A DNA stretch of 64,000 bases from Parasitella parasitica NRRL 2501 (taxonomy: Eukaryota; Fungi; Mucoromycota). Location: the NCBI GenBank assembly GCA_025201805.1, contig MU619345.1, positions 1 to 64,000 of the forward strand, read 5' to 3'. Position 1 is the first letter of the stretch. Every line of letters begins with the position of its first letter. This document shows positions 1-13,072 of the stretch, in pieces. The translations under genes and the position numbers were made by a program. Under the pieces are notes generated by a model that was given only the letters and a program-made list of their open reading frames with translations, did not search any database and was not told the DNA's origin.

Positions 1-861
1 TCCAAAATAAACACTGTCGCATGCGCCATAAAATCAGGCATGATCATCGCTATCTGAGCATATCTTGCGTTCCACTGGGCAATGTCTCTATCAAACGTTT
101 TTCGGTTTTCTGCGGCGGAGTTTGAAATAAATCACGTGATGTCTTTTCTTCTTGATGGTATTATCGCTACACAACTGCAACTGGAGATATAGTGTGTGAT
201 TTATGATTGTTGATGATTATGAATCTTGTAACTAGATATCAAGTCGGTTTAAGTTCTTTCAATGATGATTTTTATAATAAAATCATAGAATATATATTTA
301 AATACACGGATACATAATGATATTACGATGAAAGGGATCATTTCACATTGGAGTTATATGCTACTGTAGTTTTCCTTTTCACAACTTAAAGCATTTGCTC
401 ACAACTTCTACCGTAGATCCATGATCAAATGTTAAAAATATAGCAATAATATCGAATAAAAGTATTTCTGTCCATGGAGAAAACGATATCATAAATAAAA
501 ACTACAAATTTTCGTATAAAAATAGTATTTAAAAGCTAATGGTAGGTTTTGATAATGAACAAAGTATAGATTAATTTACGTTTAGCTGATACCAACTTTC
601 TAAGCACCACTTGATTTTCTCTACCAATGCGTCTATCAAGAGTTGCGTACAAAAACAGTTTTGTTTTTATAATTAATAGAAGCAAAATCTGCCATATATG
701 TCTTCTAAATGTTTTGCTAGTTTTTTTTTTTTTTTTTTTTTTATAAATACGAGATTGTGAAGGTTCGACATTCGCTAGAATTCTACTTTTTACATTTTAT
801 ATGATTTTCTTCTATTTAAAACTGCAGAATTCTGCTGTATTGTGGTCTAAAGCTAAAAATC

Positions 862-2198
862 TTATTCTTCATGAATTTCTTCATTTTCTTCTGGATCTTC
901 TTCATACTCTTCAACTTCGTTTTGCATAGCTTGAAGCGTAGTAACCATTTGAGCAAGTTTTTGGTTATCTAATAAAGAGAATAAACACTTTGAGCACAAG
1001 CTCATTTGTATAAACACATATAAAGCTTACTAGGGCTCAATGCAGACGCTTTCTTGAAAGCAAGAATGGCCTCATCATACAAGTCTACAGCTTTATCTTC
1101 GTCTTGTGCTAAAGTTGATTGATTGATACGAAGCATTGCATACTTTAGTTTAGAGATGGTCAGTAAGAAGGTCAATGTCAAAGATGACTTCATATATCAT
1201 ACCAATTCCCAGACCCAAGGGTTCTCTTTACCGTTCTTGGCCAAGTATAACTTGTTTGATTTGATCAATAGTTCATCAGCCTTCTTTAAAGTCGCCAGTT
1301 TTGCTTCATCAATCAAGAATTTTTCTTGATGGAGAAGACAAGAAGCCCATAACAATAGCAACTCGTCGTTGTTTTCGTAGTCAGGTAGTTTCTGGATTAC
1401 TGCAATAACAGCGTTCAAAACAGTATCCGAGTGGTCTTTATGAGACTCGACATCGATTAATTGACCGTAGCCTCTCAATTCATGCATCACTGTTTGTGTT
1501 TCCTTTAGAAGTGCGGCATCCACATTCTGGACGTCAGTAAAAGCTTCATTGAACCGTTCAATTGCTTCCTTGTATAATTTGATCTCTTCCTTGGACAGTT
1601 CATATTTCTTTTCAAGCTCATCATATGCAGCATCATCTATTTCATCGTCAATGTCTCCCAGTTCAGCTTCTACCTGTTTGAGATAAGCTATTTGCTTTTT
1701 GCGCATCGATGTAGCAAGTGCAATGGCAGCACTAGCTGTCTTTAATAGGATATCTTTATCGTCTTTTTTAGTCTTCAGTTCGCCACGAAGCACTTCAAGC
1801 CCTTCGCTGATGCTTTCCTCGACTTGGATTGCTTTACCGAGCTCCACCAAGCAAGTAGCATACCCAACACGGTTTTCCGGTTCATCTTCTTGGTATTTTT
1901 CAATAGCCATGTCGAACAAACGGCGGGCAATCCCATTGTTTTCCTCATCACTATCATTGTTCTCATCGTTACTTGCTTCATCGATAGCCATAGCTAGCAG
2001 CTCTTGAGCAGTCGGTTCTGTATTGATAGGCTTGCCATTTGCGTCTTTACGGACAAAAGAGATCTCGACTTCACCTACATCGCAGCCCTTGCATAATTCA
2101 TCGGCACAATCAGAAGTATGTCCTTCTTTAGTCGTAGAAGAACGGCTACGCTTGTTTTCAGAAACTAGATCCTGGGTTTCGTTGACTCTCTTGGACAT
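862..2198 (-). CDS. Acidic helical (TPR-like) protein, probable Ett1/Nro1 family (3 exons)
   Basis: ORF 1197-2198 splices via GTATGA..TAAAG to YAMLRINQ..SP, then via GTAAGC..TTAG to NNQKLAQ..EEIHEE* (TAA at 862-864). The basic N-terminus and the C-terminal ENPWVWELYAMLRINQS..AVDLYDEA segment resemble the Ett1/Nro1 C-terminus from memory. Confidence 0.5.
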
Positions 2199-2368
2199 TT
2201 GTTATGTAAAGATGAAAAAATTTGGCGCCTTTCATCATAGGGGACGCATAAATTAGGCCCATTACAGTAGTGGAAAAGACGTTGTTTCTTGAGTGGCTTT
2301 TGCGACATGATTGATCCCTCATTTTTTGGTTTTGACATAAATTTTCACATTTTTTATCAGAATAAAAC
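2199..2368. promoter_or_regulatory. 170-bp bidirectional promoter with RRPE-like motifs
   Basis: Head-to-head ATGs at 2198(-) and 2369(+). TGAAAAAATTT at 2213-2223; TGAAAATTT on the minus strand at 2339-2347. Confidence 0.45.
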
Positions 2369-4166
2369 ATGTTGCAAACTCGCATTGTGCCTTGGATTGA
2401 TTACGAAGAGTTCGAAACCGTGTATAACTGGCTGTTTGCCGACCGAAAAACTCAACTAGACCAAATCCATCTTGGCATTGATAGGGTATGTGCACTGCGA
2501 GTCCAAATGTGTCTTTTGGTTTTAACGCTGCTTTTAGGTTCAAACATGGAATAATAGAGGGGAAATACCCTCCTCAGTAGACATGACGGCCGCATTCATT
2601 GAAATTATCATTCGAGACGAACAGCTTGGGCTGCAAATGTCGCATAAAGAGCTACGCCTGATGTATGCAATGGCTATCATTCGTTTCGTCAATGGGCTTG
2701 TTGATAGAGAACAAAAGGGGAAGTTTGCAAAGTCCATCAACAGTATAGCTAGAATGATGGGTCTTCCCTCTTGGTTTGTCGATTTGCGCCATGCTAGCAC
2801 CCACGAGCGCCTACCCAGCTTGACGGTGTTGAGAGACGGCGCTCTTCAAGCTGTCGCTTGGCTTCACGATAATTACTGGATCCACAACATTAAAAGCACG
2901 GAGCAACAGCAAGCAATGCGACAAAATCCCGAGATTAAACTCAAATTGAATCAGTACAAAGAATGTAGAAAGGCCTATATTAAAGAAAAGTACACTGGCA
3001 AAACTACTGATCCCAATGCTTACGTAGCCTGTATTGAAGATTTGGTCAAAATTATTGATGACGATGTAATTAACGAGGATATCATCCCTTTGCTTTTGGG
3101 CGTAGGTGGTATTGTCCCTGCTGGGAAAAAAAAGCGTGCTTCATCTGACGACATGAGCATCTCAAAGGGATTGATTGAATTATGGACACCTTTGCTTCAG
3201 GGTTTGGATGTTGGTTTCCCTAATTTTAGTGAAGAATTAATTGCTGCAATGATTAGAAAACTGGATACTATTTATGGTACGATTAACTCTTTCAAGATTT
3301 GCACAAAGATCCAACTTTTTTCGGGATAGATTTCGAAATCAATGAGGCGTTGCTTGATCCTTATGCGGCATTTGTAGGCTTATTTTGTGGAATACTGAAC
3401 GAAAAGATTAATCATCTTAATAGGCAACAAAGAAAGCAGAAGATCCCACCAAAGCTCCTAGCTACTTATTGACAATCAGTAAGCTCAGTCAACTCACGTT
3501 TAATATCCGTTTTTTCAATATTCACAATATTTAGCTTGTTGGGTAAAGCATTTTACCCAAGAATTCGCTAAATCATACAAGAATCGCACATTGGCACACA
3601 TTTCTATTGATGATATATTAGAACTATGTCTTCGAAATCCAAATTATTAGTAAGTTTGTTGTAAATAACACATGAAAAATTGCTGATCTCACAACTGTCA
3701 AACAGCACTAGATCTATATTGCAATCTATTTCCAATGTCGATCCTGACCTCGGTAAATCCATCAAGCCTTTTGTGAAATACATTGACCAAATGATCCTAA
3801 AATATATTGGCGAAAAGGTAAAACTCGATTTATTTTCAAAGTATGGTTTCTCACTGCTCGCAATAGTCAAAAACACAAAATATTCCCCTTCACAATTCGG
3901 ATGATCAAAGCCTTGAGGAAGAATTGAAAGCGTTAGAAACGCAACTTGTAAATATTAAATCCAAGTCCATTAATCATGTAAAAAGGAAAGCCAGGGCAGT
4001 TGTCGATCATGCTGATGAAGACGACAAAATGGACATTGATGATGAGGCTGAAGCGGATTCTGCCTGGAGCTTATCTGATGATTGGAAGCCCTGTCCCATT
4101 GGTACTCTTCCAAATGGAAAAGTACCATGCCTTGATATTAACTTGCTACTCCTTCAAAGCAATTGA
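2369..4166 (+). CDS. LAS1: Las1 HEPN endoribonuclease (pre-rRNA ITS2 processing), multi-exon
   Basis: N-terminal RIVPW; LRLMYAMAIIRFVNGLVD; HEPN motif LRHASTHERLPSL; C-terminal WKPCPIGTLP; GT-AG introns join the ORF pieces. Confidence 0.93.
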
Positions 4167-4358
4167 ATCTAATAATAACATAAATAAATTCTATGATAAA
4201 TGTAGAATGTTTAAATGTAAATTATCATGATACTACATTATCGCTCTTTATGAGACTTGTAGTCAAAAACCTTATCGCACCTTCTCAATCACAAACGAAC
4301 TAGAAATTATGTGGCGTTTGAAATTATTGTATCATTTTATTGACCAAATATATAAGCT

Positions 4359-5071
4359 TTACTTTCTGTCAGTGGCAAAGTATTTAGCCATGTTGGGCCT
4401 CTTCTCGATTTCATTTACGAAACGAGACAAATGAGGCTGGGAAGCAGCGTCAATAGGGGATCCATCGTCTTCCATCATGTGGTAGAGAAGGAAATCAGCA
4501 TAGGAAATCTCCTTACCAAGCAAATAAGGGCCCTCAGTATTGGATAAAATATCTTCGAATACCTTGTACATATTAGGAGCCTGGGTTTCTTTGTAAAGTT
4601 TGATCTTTGATTCAGGCGTGCCTTCACCAAAGGAAACGGAGGACCAGCTGGAAGCCCAATCCATAACAATATCCAAGTAGACATCCAAAAGTTGCTTTTC
4701 CTCGTCATTGCTTCCTTCATATTTACCAAGCTTGCGGCAGATGTATCGTATAACGGGGATAGTCTTACCAAAGTATTTGCCATCAACTGTAATATATGGC
4801 ATAGTGGGGGCGGGAATCTTTTTGGCAATCAACTCCTGCTTCAAATCTTTCCATTCAGCAAAGGTATGCCTGATGTATTCAAAGTCAATTCCCGCATCTT
4901 CAAGCAGTAAACGAATGAACTCGCCACGGCCCATGGTAGCTGCCGATCAAGCAGATAAGATTAGCAATATGCGGAAATAATGCGACTTATTGCGCAATAC
5001 TTACTGGAGCCCTTGACCACGGTAAAGTAGTGGAGTTTAATGTTCTTGAGTTCAGTAGTAGTGGAAACCAT
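4359..5071 (-). CDS. Glutathione S-transferase (2 exons)
   Basis: Exon 1 MVSTTTELKNIKLHYFTVVKGS (ATG at 5071) spliced to ATMGRGEFIRLLLEDAG; TMPYITVDG; ISYADFLLY N-capping box. Confidence 0.9.
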
Positions 5072-5534
5072 TTTGAAAGCTTTGTTTAAATCAGAAAAAG
5101 AAATGTAGTGATAACCAACATCTGTCTGATTTATTGCATGCTATATATACTAAAAGAATGCAAGAGCTTGTGGGGTAAAGTGCCATGCATGTCTCGTTGA
5201 TTATTAATTCAAAATGGACTACGTACTTTTGTTACACCTCTATGCAAACAACAAAAAGGTACAGAGTGTTTCAGCGCCTGAATACCCTACTCAAGCATGG
5301 ATGGGACAAGAAATCTGTTAACATAAACTGTAGGTTTGTCTCTTGGATCAAGATTTTTGAGCATCCATTATTATCATTAGTATTATATTTAATAGATCCA
5401 TGTGTTTAGTCTGTTCAGTTTGTGCCAAAAATAAAATGCACAGGACCATCCGCTTACTAATTCACTCAGGAGAGAAAAATGATTGATAAGCAGCAAATGA
5501 GAGCGCACTGTCTCTTCTAGAAGAATTCGTTTAT

Positions 5535-7771
5535 TTACATGTAGCTTTGGTATACAGGCATTAAAGCAAAAGTGAAAAACACAACCCAAGACACAATCAG
5601 CCAGAAGCAAAAAAAACCTAAAAAGCAACATGTCTTTGATTCTCTTAGGCGAGAGCCAATCATAGCCAGAGCAACCATTTTCTCCTTGCTCACTTGTTCC
5701 AGCTGCTCTTGCGCAGCATAAAAGCACAGCATCTTCTCGTCTTTTTCTTTGGTCTGTACTACTTCAAGCCGCCGTTCGCGTTCCTGTTTATCAGCTTGTA
5801 GCCAGCCCGAAAGAATCTTTCGGTCCATGACCCAGAAAGCGCAAACTACAAACATCGATAGACCAGCCATCGACAGATATAGCACCATGACACCATCATA
5901 CTCTTTTTGCAGATCAGATGCATCGTCGTGCGGATTTCCATCATGATAGGTGAGATCCTGGACATAGCCCACCAGCACAGAGACAATCGTAGTACCAATG
6001 TTATTGGCACACTTGTGCAAACCCATACCTGTACCAGCCAATTCATGCGGTAGCAGCAATGATGTGGAGCTGAGAACTGATACTGGGCCAAGAGCTAGTG
6101 CAAATGAAAAGATAATCATGCCAATGGCAGGATTGACCCACGTGTAGGCCAATAGAATCATGGATGTGATCAAGATCAGCACTGCAAAGAGCACTAAAGA
6201 TCATTGTTATTTGTTTGTAACCATCTATAGCTGGCCAGAAAAAGAGATACTCACAGCTTGTGATGCGCCTGCCGTATCGATGCACCACCAAACCCATAAT
6301 CGGAGCAACCACAATGGGCACTACCTGAGTCAAACTACTTTGATACTATCCATTTGTTGTTATTATCACCCCATCACTTTGTCGGCATAAATTTGTAAAC
6401 TTACACCAGCCATGACACTCGTTGTGTTGTATCTAAATTCTACGTATTCACTACAACATGTGCTGACATTAGTATTCGCCACTTTTTTTGCTGTTTGCAA
6501 TTATGCAATACTTGCGTTGCGACATCATCAAAACTGCTCAGCACACTAGACATGGTCAGCTGGATCCACGGTACCATCCAAAACGTGCTTGGGATGTAAA
6601 GCAGTATTGAATAGGACCATTTAAACGGCCTTTTTCTCTGTATTTTCTGATCACTTGAAACAGTATCACCATGATGGTATAGTTTCTTTTCATCGCTGTG
6701 TTTTTCACATTGCTGCTGGCTGAACACATTCCTGTACGCGCCTTCAAAAGGCACAATCTCTTTTCCCCTGGCTGTGGCCAACCCTTGTCGCCACATCACA
6801 ATCCAGTATATCATATTGATGAGAAACCCAAAGGCACAGAGTATGGTAGCAACGTAGATAGGCCACGAATGGTCACTTGTAGCGTTTAAAATGGGATAAG
6901 CTACCATTTTTGCAGCCCATTTTGTCAATCGTGCAGTACACAGCAGGATGCCCATAACCACTGCCAGCTCTTTGTCTCGGAACCATCGAGACAGGATGCC
7001 CTCTTGCATCGTAACAATCATTCCGCCGCCAAGACCATATATGATTTGGCCTGTCATCATACAGGGATAACTGTTCAAATTACTACCGATTGAGACCAAA
7101 AGGCTGCCTATGAATATAGTGCAACTGACAATGGTGGTTGCGCGGATGGACCCAAGGCTAGATATGTCATCAATGAATATGCCTGCTAGTAGCGGTAAAA
7201 CGGTGTTGACCAAGGTAACGGATGATAGGAGAATGCTAAACTGGGTATTGTTGATTTGCATTGACTATAAATATCCAATCAGTCAAACAACAAAGGGCAA
7301 AACGGATAAGGAAACAATTCGCTCCAGTGACACAAAGTTTGACTTACTCGTTTTAGCACAGTTTTCAGCGTACCCACTGTTGCTTCCAGGTAATGACAAC
7401 CAACTGTAGCGGACGCACATATTTAATTTTTCCATGCAATGCAACCATCTCAACGAATTACCTGGTAATGACAACATGCACAACAGGACCAACGCTTTCA
7501 TTTGCCACGATGTTGAGAGGGTATTTGTGCTGTTTTCTTGTGTGTAAACAGACTCCAAGATCGATCTTTGCCTTGTCCGTGGACGAGCACTGTTACTATT
7601 GTCCAGGTAGTTTATACTCGAGTCCAATGCAGCGTTGGACGAAAATTCGTCGTGGTGCTCTGCTGGTAGCCGATTGCTATTTGTATCGCCAGCAGGCGGT
7701 GCAGCAGCAGCAGCAGCAGCAGTGGTAGCAGCAGTGGCGGTAGTAGTTCGAGTGAATGTGGTGCAGGGCAT
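5535..7771 (-). CDS. MFS transporter, MFSD1 family (putative vacuolar/lysosomal dipeptide transporter)
   Basis: MQINNTQFSILLSSVTLVNTVLPLLAGIFIDD..GQIIYGLGG..SRWFRDKELAVVMG..ARL parallels the MFSD1 N-terminal half; many TM segments; poly-Ala at the N-terminus. Confidence 0.8.
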
Positions 7772-8369
7772 GTCTGGTATATAATTATACCACTACAGCA
7801 TTTAACCAAGGGTGAGGAGCAGAGAGAAGAGAGAAAAAGGCGAAAATATACTGGTTAAAGATCACTGAATGGCTTTGAAATTGGAAATGTAGAATTCTTG
7901 GTAAAATGGCCACTGTTGGAGCTTTTGAGATCGCCAATGGTTTGTGCAACCACGCAAGGATAATATTATACATTACATTACATTATTGCAAACTTGTACC
8001 AGCAGGCTTTTTCTTTTGACGAAATGACGCACCAAGGGGTGAAATTGGAGCAAGACCCGGATTAAACAGTTTTTACACTCTTTTTTTTTTTTCATCACTT
8101 TGCAGCTGCCAAAAATGACACTATTCCATCAGCACTCTTATTGACGAGCTTTTGAATGCTGAGCCAAGTGAAATCGACTCACCCATGAGCGCAGAATTTT
8201 ATGGGCACACAGGCTTGGAAACGTGGTTCAAACTCATTTTCTTTGATACGGTTTGATTTGATTGATGAAATTTAGGAGGGAAAGGGGTTTATTTGTGCGC
8301 CTCTTTTTTTCTTTCTGATCGACGCCTATTGCCCTTTTTTCTCCTTTTTTTGTTTTCTGTTTAATTGAA

Positions 8370-9823
8370 ATGATTGTTTTTCTTGCGTTCATCATTCAAA
8401 TAGTATCTGTTGCCATTATTGCGTCAGCAGCCAGCATTAAAAGCCTAGTTGTGTTTGGTGATTCGAATTCTGGTAGTGTATACCCAACTATGAACATATA
8501 CTCTAACAAGCTGTATTGACGTATAACACTAGATGTGGGGAATGGCCAGCGCTGGTCAAATGGGCCCTTGTGGAGCGAATACTTGGCACTAGGATGGAAT
8601 GTGTCGCTTTACAGCTTTGCATACAGTGGATCTGTATGCGATACTGGAATGTTCAAGTCTATTGCCAAAGAGGATAGAGTGCCCAGTCTCAAAGACCAAC
8701 TTGAAGCCTACCATGACCTCAACCTAGGCCTTAATCCGCAAGAGACTGTGTTTGCTTTTTGGTTTGGCGTACAGGATGTATCTGAAATGGCCAAAAGACA
8801 TGGTAAGTAGATGACATGATGGCGTGTCCCTGAAAATGAACCAACTCTTGCACATCAGGTCGTAAGGAGCCAGATTTTAAGGAAATTGCAGAATGCATCG
8901 GACAGCAATTGGTAAAACATTACAGAATATATTTGGGGGGGATGGTTCAACTGACATAGCAATGTGTGTGTAGAGAACATCTCGTAAAGTGTTTCTCATC
9001 GACAAGTACCTAGTATTCAATGTGCCTCCATTGGGACATATGCCCTACTTCCGGGATAGCCAAATCAGTGCAAACAAAAGTCAAGCAGCAATGGATGTCA
9101 ATAATGCGCTAGAAAAAGACGTCGGCAATCTCAACAAACACCATCATGCGTTAGAAATGGACTATGTCGATGTTCATTCACTTCTCCGTGACATAGCAAT
9201 CGACCCCGCTGTGTTTGGCTTTGAGAATCCAAATGCTTCCTACCTCGATACCTGTTATGAAAATACGCAATGTGTGCTAAAAGAGGATGATTACATTTGG
9301 TGGGACGAGACTCATTTTACGACAGGTTTGTTTAAAATAATAGCCATAATGTTACACGCAATTAAGCTCCACAAAATACGTAGCATTTCACAAAACCATT
9401 GCCAAGAGTGTCATTGAAGCAGAATCATATACACCCAAAGTGACGCTTACAAAAGAGATGGAAGAGCTGTTATTTGTGGCCGACTCCAAATTTCACTCGA
9501 AAACCTACACAGCGCCTCCGTTCAAAGGAATTGTGGACGAGAAGGCCAAGCAGTACGACATTGAAAAATCGCGGCCAATTGAGCTTCAACAGCCTCCCTT
9601 GGAAGATGATGCTGCCGATTTTGAGACACTGCAGGATCCTTCAGTAGAGAGTAGACATGCCTATGCTGGATTGGCAATTTTTGCTTTGCTAATTGCTGGA
9701 ATCATTGTTTGGATCAAATTCCCCAATCTTTCTTTGTTTGTTTGGATTCGAAATGTATGCAATGTTGGCAGTAAACATCGTAGAAAATTTGCTCCTGTTC
9801 GAAACGATGAGGAAGAAGCTTAG
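8370..9823 (+). CDS. GDSL/SGNH esterase (CE16-like) with signal peptide and C-terminal TM anchor
   Basis: Signal peptide MIVFLAFIIQIVSVAIIASAAS; VVFGDSNSD split by an intron; RWSNGPLW; catalytic WWDETH; TM AGLAIFALLIAGIIVWI. Confidence 0.87.
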
Positions 9824-10069
9824 GTCAAGACAAAAAAAAATCCTGTAGATATATACCCCCCGTCTGAATACAATAAAAACTAGATTGAGGACTTGATCTA
9901 GAATGTCTTTTTTGACTGAACTGTATGCTGCTGCTGCTTCACTTTGTATTTGTTGGTAAAAAAAAAAAAACCTGTTTAATACCTCTAGTAAAAATTTCAC
10001 ATTGTTATCATTGTGTATTTTGTATAAAGTGCTGCTACACGTAGATGTATATGTCGATGAGGCCCATCT

Positions 10070-10492
10070 TGTCAAACATGCGTATATTTTGATGATCAGA
10101 GCACGTCTGAGGAAAATGTTGCCTTAAAATTATGCATCGAGATAATGATACCCCAATTTGACACGGATTCGGTGAAATCAAGTGATTAGCTACAGTGTCC
10201 TTAATTGTTTGTATTACCTAATTTTAGCTGTTAATAAAGGGTCTCTTTGTACAGCCATTGTCTTTACACTTCTTTTGTTCGCTCAAAAAGGCAACACATT
10301 CTACACATTAAATTGACATGAGCTGTCAACGGTTGCAATCGTATATAAATCCTGTCAAAATCAACGCCGAGGATTGACATCTGACAATCTCAAATTCCTC
10401 TTTGCTTGTTATACAACAACATCAACCTTGATTAAAATAGCATATTGCAAACAGGTACAGTTCAAGAATCCTTTTTACCAAGTAGATTGACA
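10070..10492. promoter_or_regulatory. Cluster of 8 TGACA/TGTCA sites around a TATA box upstream of the homeodomain gene
   Basis: TGTCAA 10070, TTGACA 10158, TTGACA 10313, TGTCAA 10324, TGTCAA 10353, TTGACA 10374, CTGACA 10381, TTGACA 10487; TATATAAA at 10342. Confidence 0.6.
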
Positions 10493-10598
10493 TGTAAGAC
10501 TATACAGATCTACAGGGAAAAAAATCTCGTCTTATTAAAATCGCAAAAAAACTAATAAATTCTCTTGGTCGCATGTAGTTTTCTTTCGATTTCTTCTA

Positions 10599-12198
10599 AT
10601 GAACATAGCCAAGGCAATACCACCAATTGATCCCGTCATTTACAGCAAAAACATCATGGCCAAAAGCGAAGCATCAGATGATTTTGACATATCTACAGTA
10701 GAACACATGATGATTTCCAGTGATTACAACTACTACCCCACTTCATCCTCAGGGTCAGTTTCAAGCATCAGCCTCGCGATGGCCAGTGTCGATGATTTCA
10801 ATACGACAGCAGCTACTGGCACGGATATTCATGTCGTTAATGCCGCTTCTGCGACTCAATTCGATAGCGTAGACAACCAAGGCAACTTGGATATTGATTT
10901 TCATATCGACCTTGATGGAGACGATTTGCTAGAGCTGGAAACGCCATCGTCTACCACCATCTTGTTTTATGAAATGATGCAAGACTTTCCTGATCTATCT
11001 TCGTTTGTATGCCATCCCGATTTTGGCACATTTGCTCGTATATGGTTGGACTATCGTCGTCGTATCTGCTTGGCCCAGTACCCCGAGCGTCGCATGGATG
11101 TACAAGCATGGCTCAAAACTGCTGCTCTTCAGGTTCATTTTTGCTTGGTTACGCTGGTCAGATCAAACCCGGATAGAAATAGAGAGGCTACCTGCATGTT
11201 CTCAGCTTTCAGACGTCTCAAGGACAGGGTTGAGATGATGCACTCTATCATAAACATTGTCGAAAATGGCCGCAAATTGGGCCAGACCCCTCTAGAGGCT
11301 ATAGGTCCTTTGGTGAATCAGGCAGACGAGATTGAGAGGAATGTCGAGTATTTCAGCCAGGAACAAAAAGTCATACCGGTCGTGAACTGTGCTACTAATC
11401 TGGTTGAGCTGAGGGATCCTTCTCAAGTTTCTGTATCAGAGTTGTCGAGTGAGCTTGTGTCTACGTACAATATGATGCCCTACAGCGATGCTGCCATTCC
11501 GAATACCACTGTTCTTGACTATACCCAAGATTGGGACATTCAGGCTCAGTGTGCTAACGACGATACTATCGTGCCCAGCATCAACTTGACAAGTTTCCAG
11601 CCTGCTGCTATCACCGATTTCTCTTCCCTTGCTTCTGGGGCCTCTACTCCAGCCGCGTTCTGTGTCTCAGCACATCGCAGCACCAACAAGTTTGGATTTG
11701 AGACGCCGTTGACACAATCCTCCTCCACATCAACGCCAGTGCACCGACACGCCCTCTTCTCACACATCGAGCCATCATGGATCCACTCCCCTCAAGCCAA
11801 TTGGTCTTCTCTTCCTGTGACACCTTCTGTAGAACAACCATCGCTCAAATTCTTATCCTACCCCTCTTCTCCCACGTGCGCCTATCAGGATCTTACAGGA
11901 GTTGCAAACGGCCAAGAGCACGTACAGGAAGAGCTGACTGCTAGTACTGCTGGTGCAACTCGAGCGCCTTGTTATACCTGCGATGAAGAGGTGTCCATTG
12001 TCTCGCCCACGTGTGATACGCTTACCACTGTCTCGCCCGCCAATACCTATAGCGAGGAAGATGCTGACGAAAAGGGAGATGACAACGAGCAAGAGCCTGA
12101 CGAATGCCAAACACCAAGCACTCAAGACGAAGATTATTCTCAGCTATCGGATATGGAGGATGATGACGAAGAATGGATTGAGCCTCGCCCCACAAAGA

Positions 12199-12235
<37 letters not shown>

Positions 12236-12674
12236 ACAACTGCCTGCTGCTGACACTGCCGCGACCGGTCGCCGCAGCCGTAAATCAGGACCCAAGAGCA
12301 AGGAGCTTCGCAAAAGAGAAACTGTTGCAAGTGCTTCAAAGACGCGGCGCACAGCAACATCGTATGATGCCAAAACCACGCATTACCTCAAATCCATTTT
12401 TTTCGACATTTACAGCACCAAAGATAAACTCACCAAAGATCAGCGCCGCAAAGTGCAGCAGGAAACAGGCCTTAAACCAAGGAATATTACCTACTGGTTC
12501 AGCAATCACAAGCGCAGATTCCAGCACTCGCTAAATGTGTTTAAAAAGACTGTGCAAGAAACACAAGGCAAAGTCAAGACGTATGACGACTTTCTGCTGT
12601 ATAGACGCATGCATGGGTTACCTGAGGAGGTCCAGGAAGGTGAATTCTCGGACGACAAGAGCATCAGTTTTTAG
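10599..12674 (+). CDS. Atypical (TALE-like) homeodomain transcription factor, intronless CDS, 691 aa
   Basis: C-terminal homeodomain RRTATSYDAKTTHYLKSIFF..LTKDQRRKVQQETGLKPRNITYWFSNHKRR (about 12345-12530) with a 4-aa insertion between helix 1 and helix 2; acidic, Ser/Pro-rich and polyQ regions. Confidence 0.85.
12201..12239 (+). repeat. (CAACAG)5(CAA)3 repeat encoding Q13
   Basis: Read directly from the sequence. Confidence 0.95.
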
Positions 12675-13072
12675 TTTAGCTTAGTATCAATAAACTTGTA
12701 TCATTATTACCATCAAAAGCCAATAATGTCAGTAAATTTCAACTCATGGATGAGCGCAGTCATTTGATATATATATAATATACGCGCACAAACAACTCTT
12801 GATATCGAGTGATGGGTGTCGACAACAATTATGGTTGGTTAATTAGGGGTCAAGGCTTTACATCTGGTTGCAATTAATGCAAACATTTTCAGTATTACAA
12901 GCATTTATTGGCATTTATCTATCTCATGGCTCAACTATAGGAGATTCATACTATGTACAGCATCATGTGGCGATCAATCTTGTTATCCTCTCCTTTCATA
13001 TGTATACATATTTATACTGAAACTTGTCCCTCTTGAACTTGTTGTTTCTTTTATTCTTTAAAAAAAAAAAAA

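Noticed and set aside
761-775. GGTTCGA, resembling a tRNA T-loop
   Set aside because: No cloverleaf stems or A-box around it.
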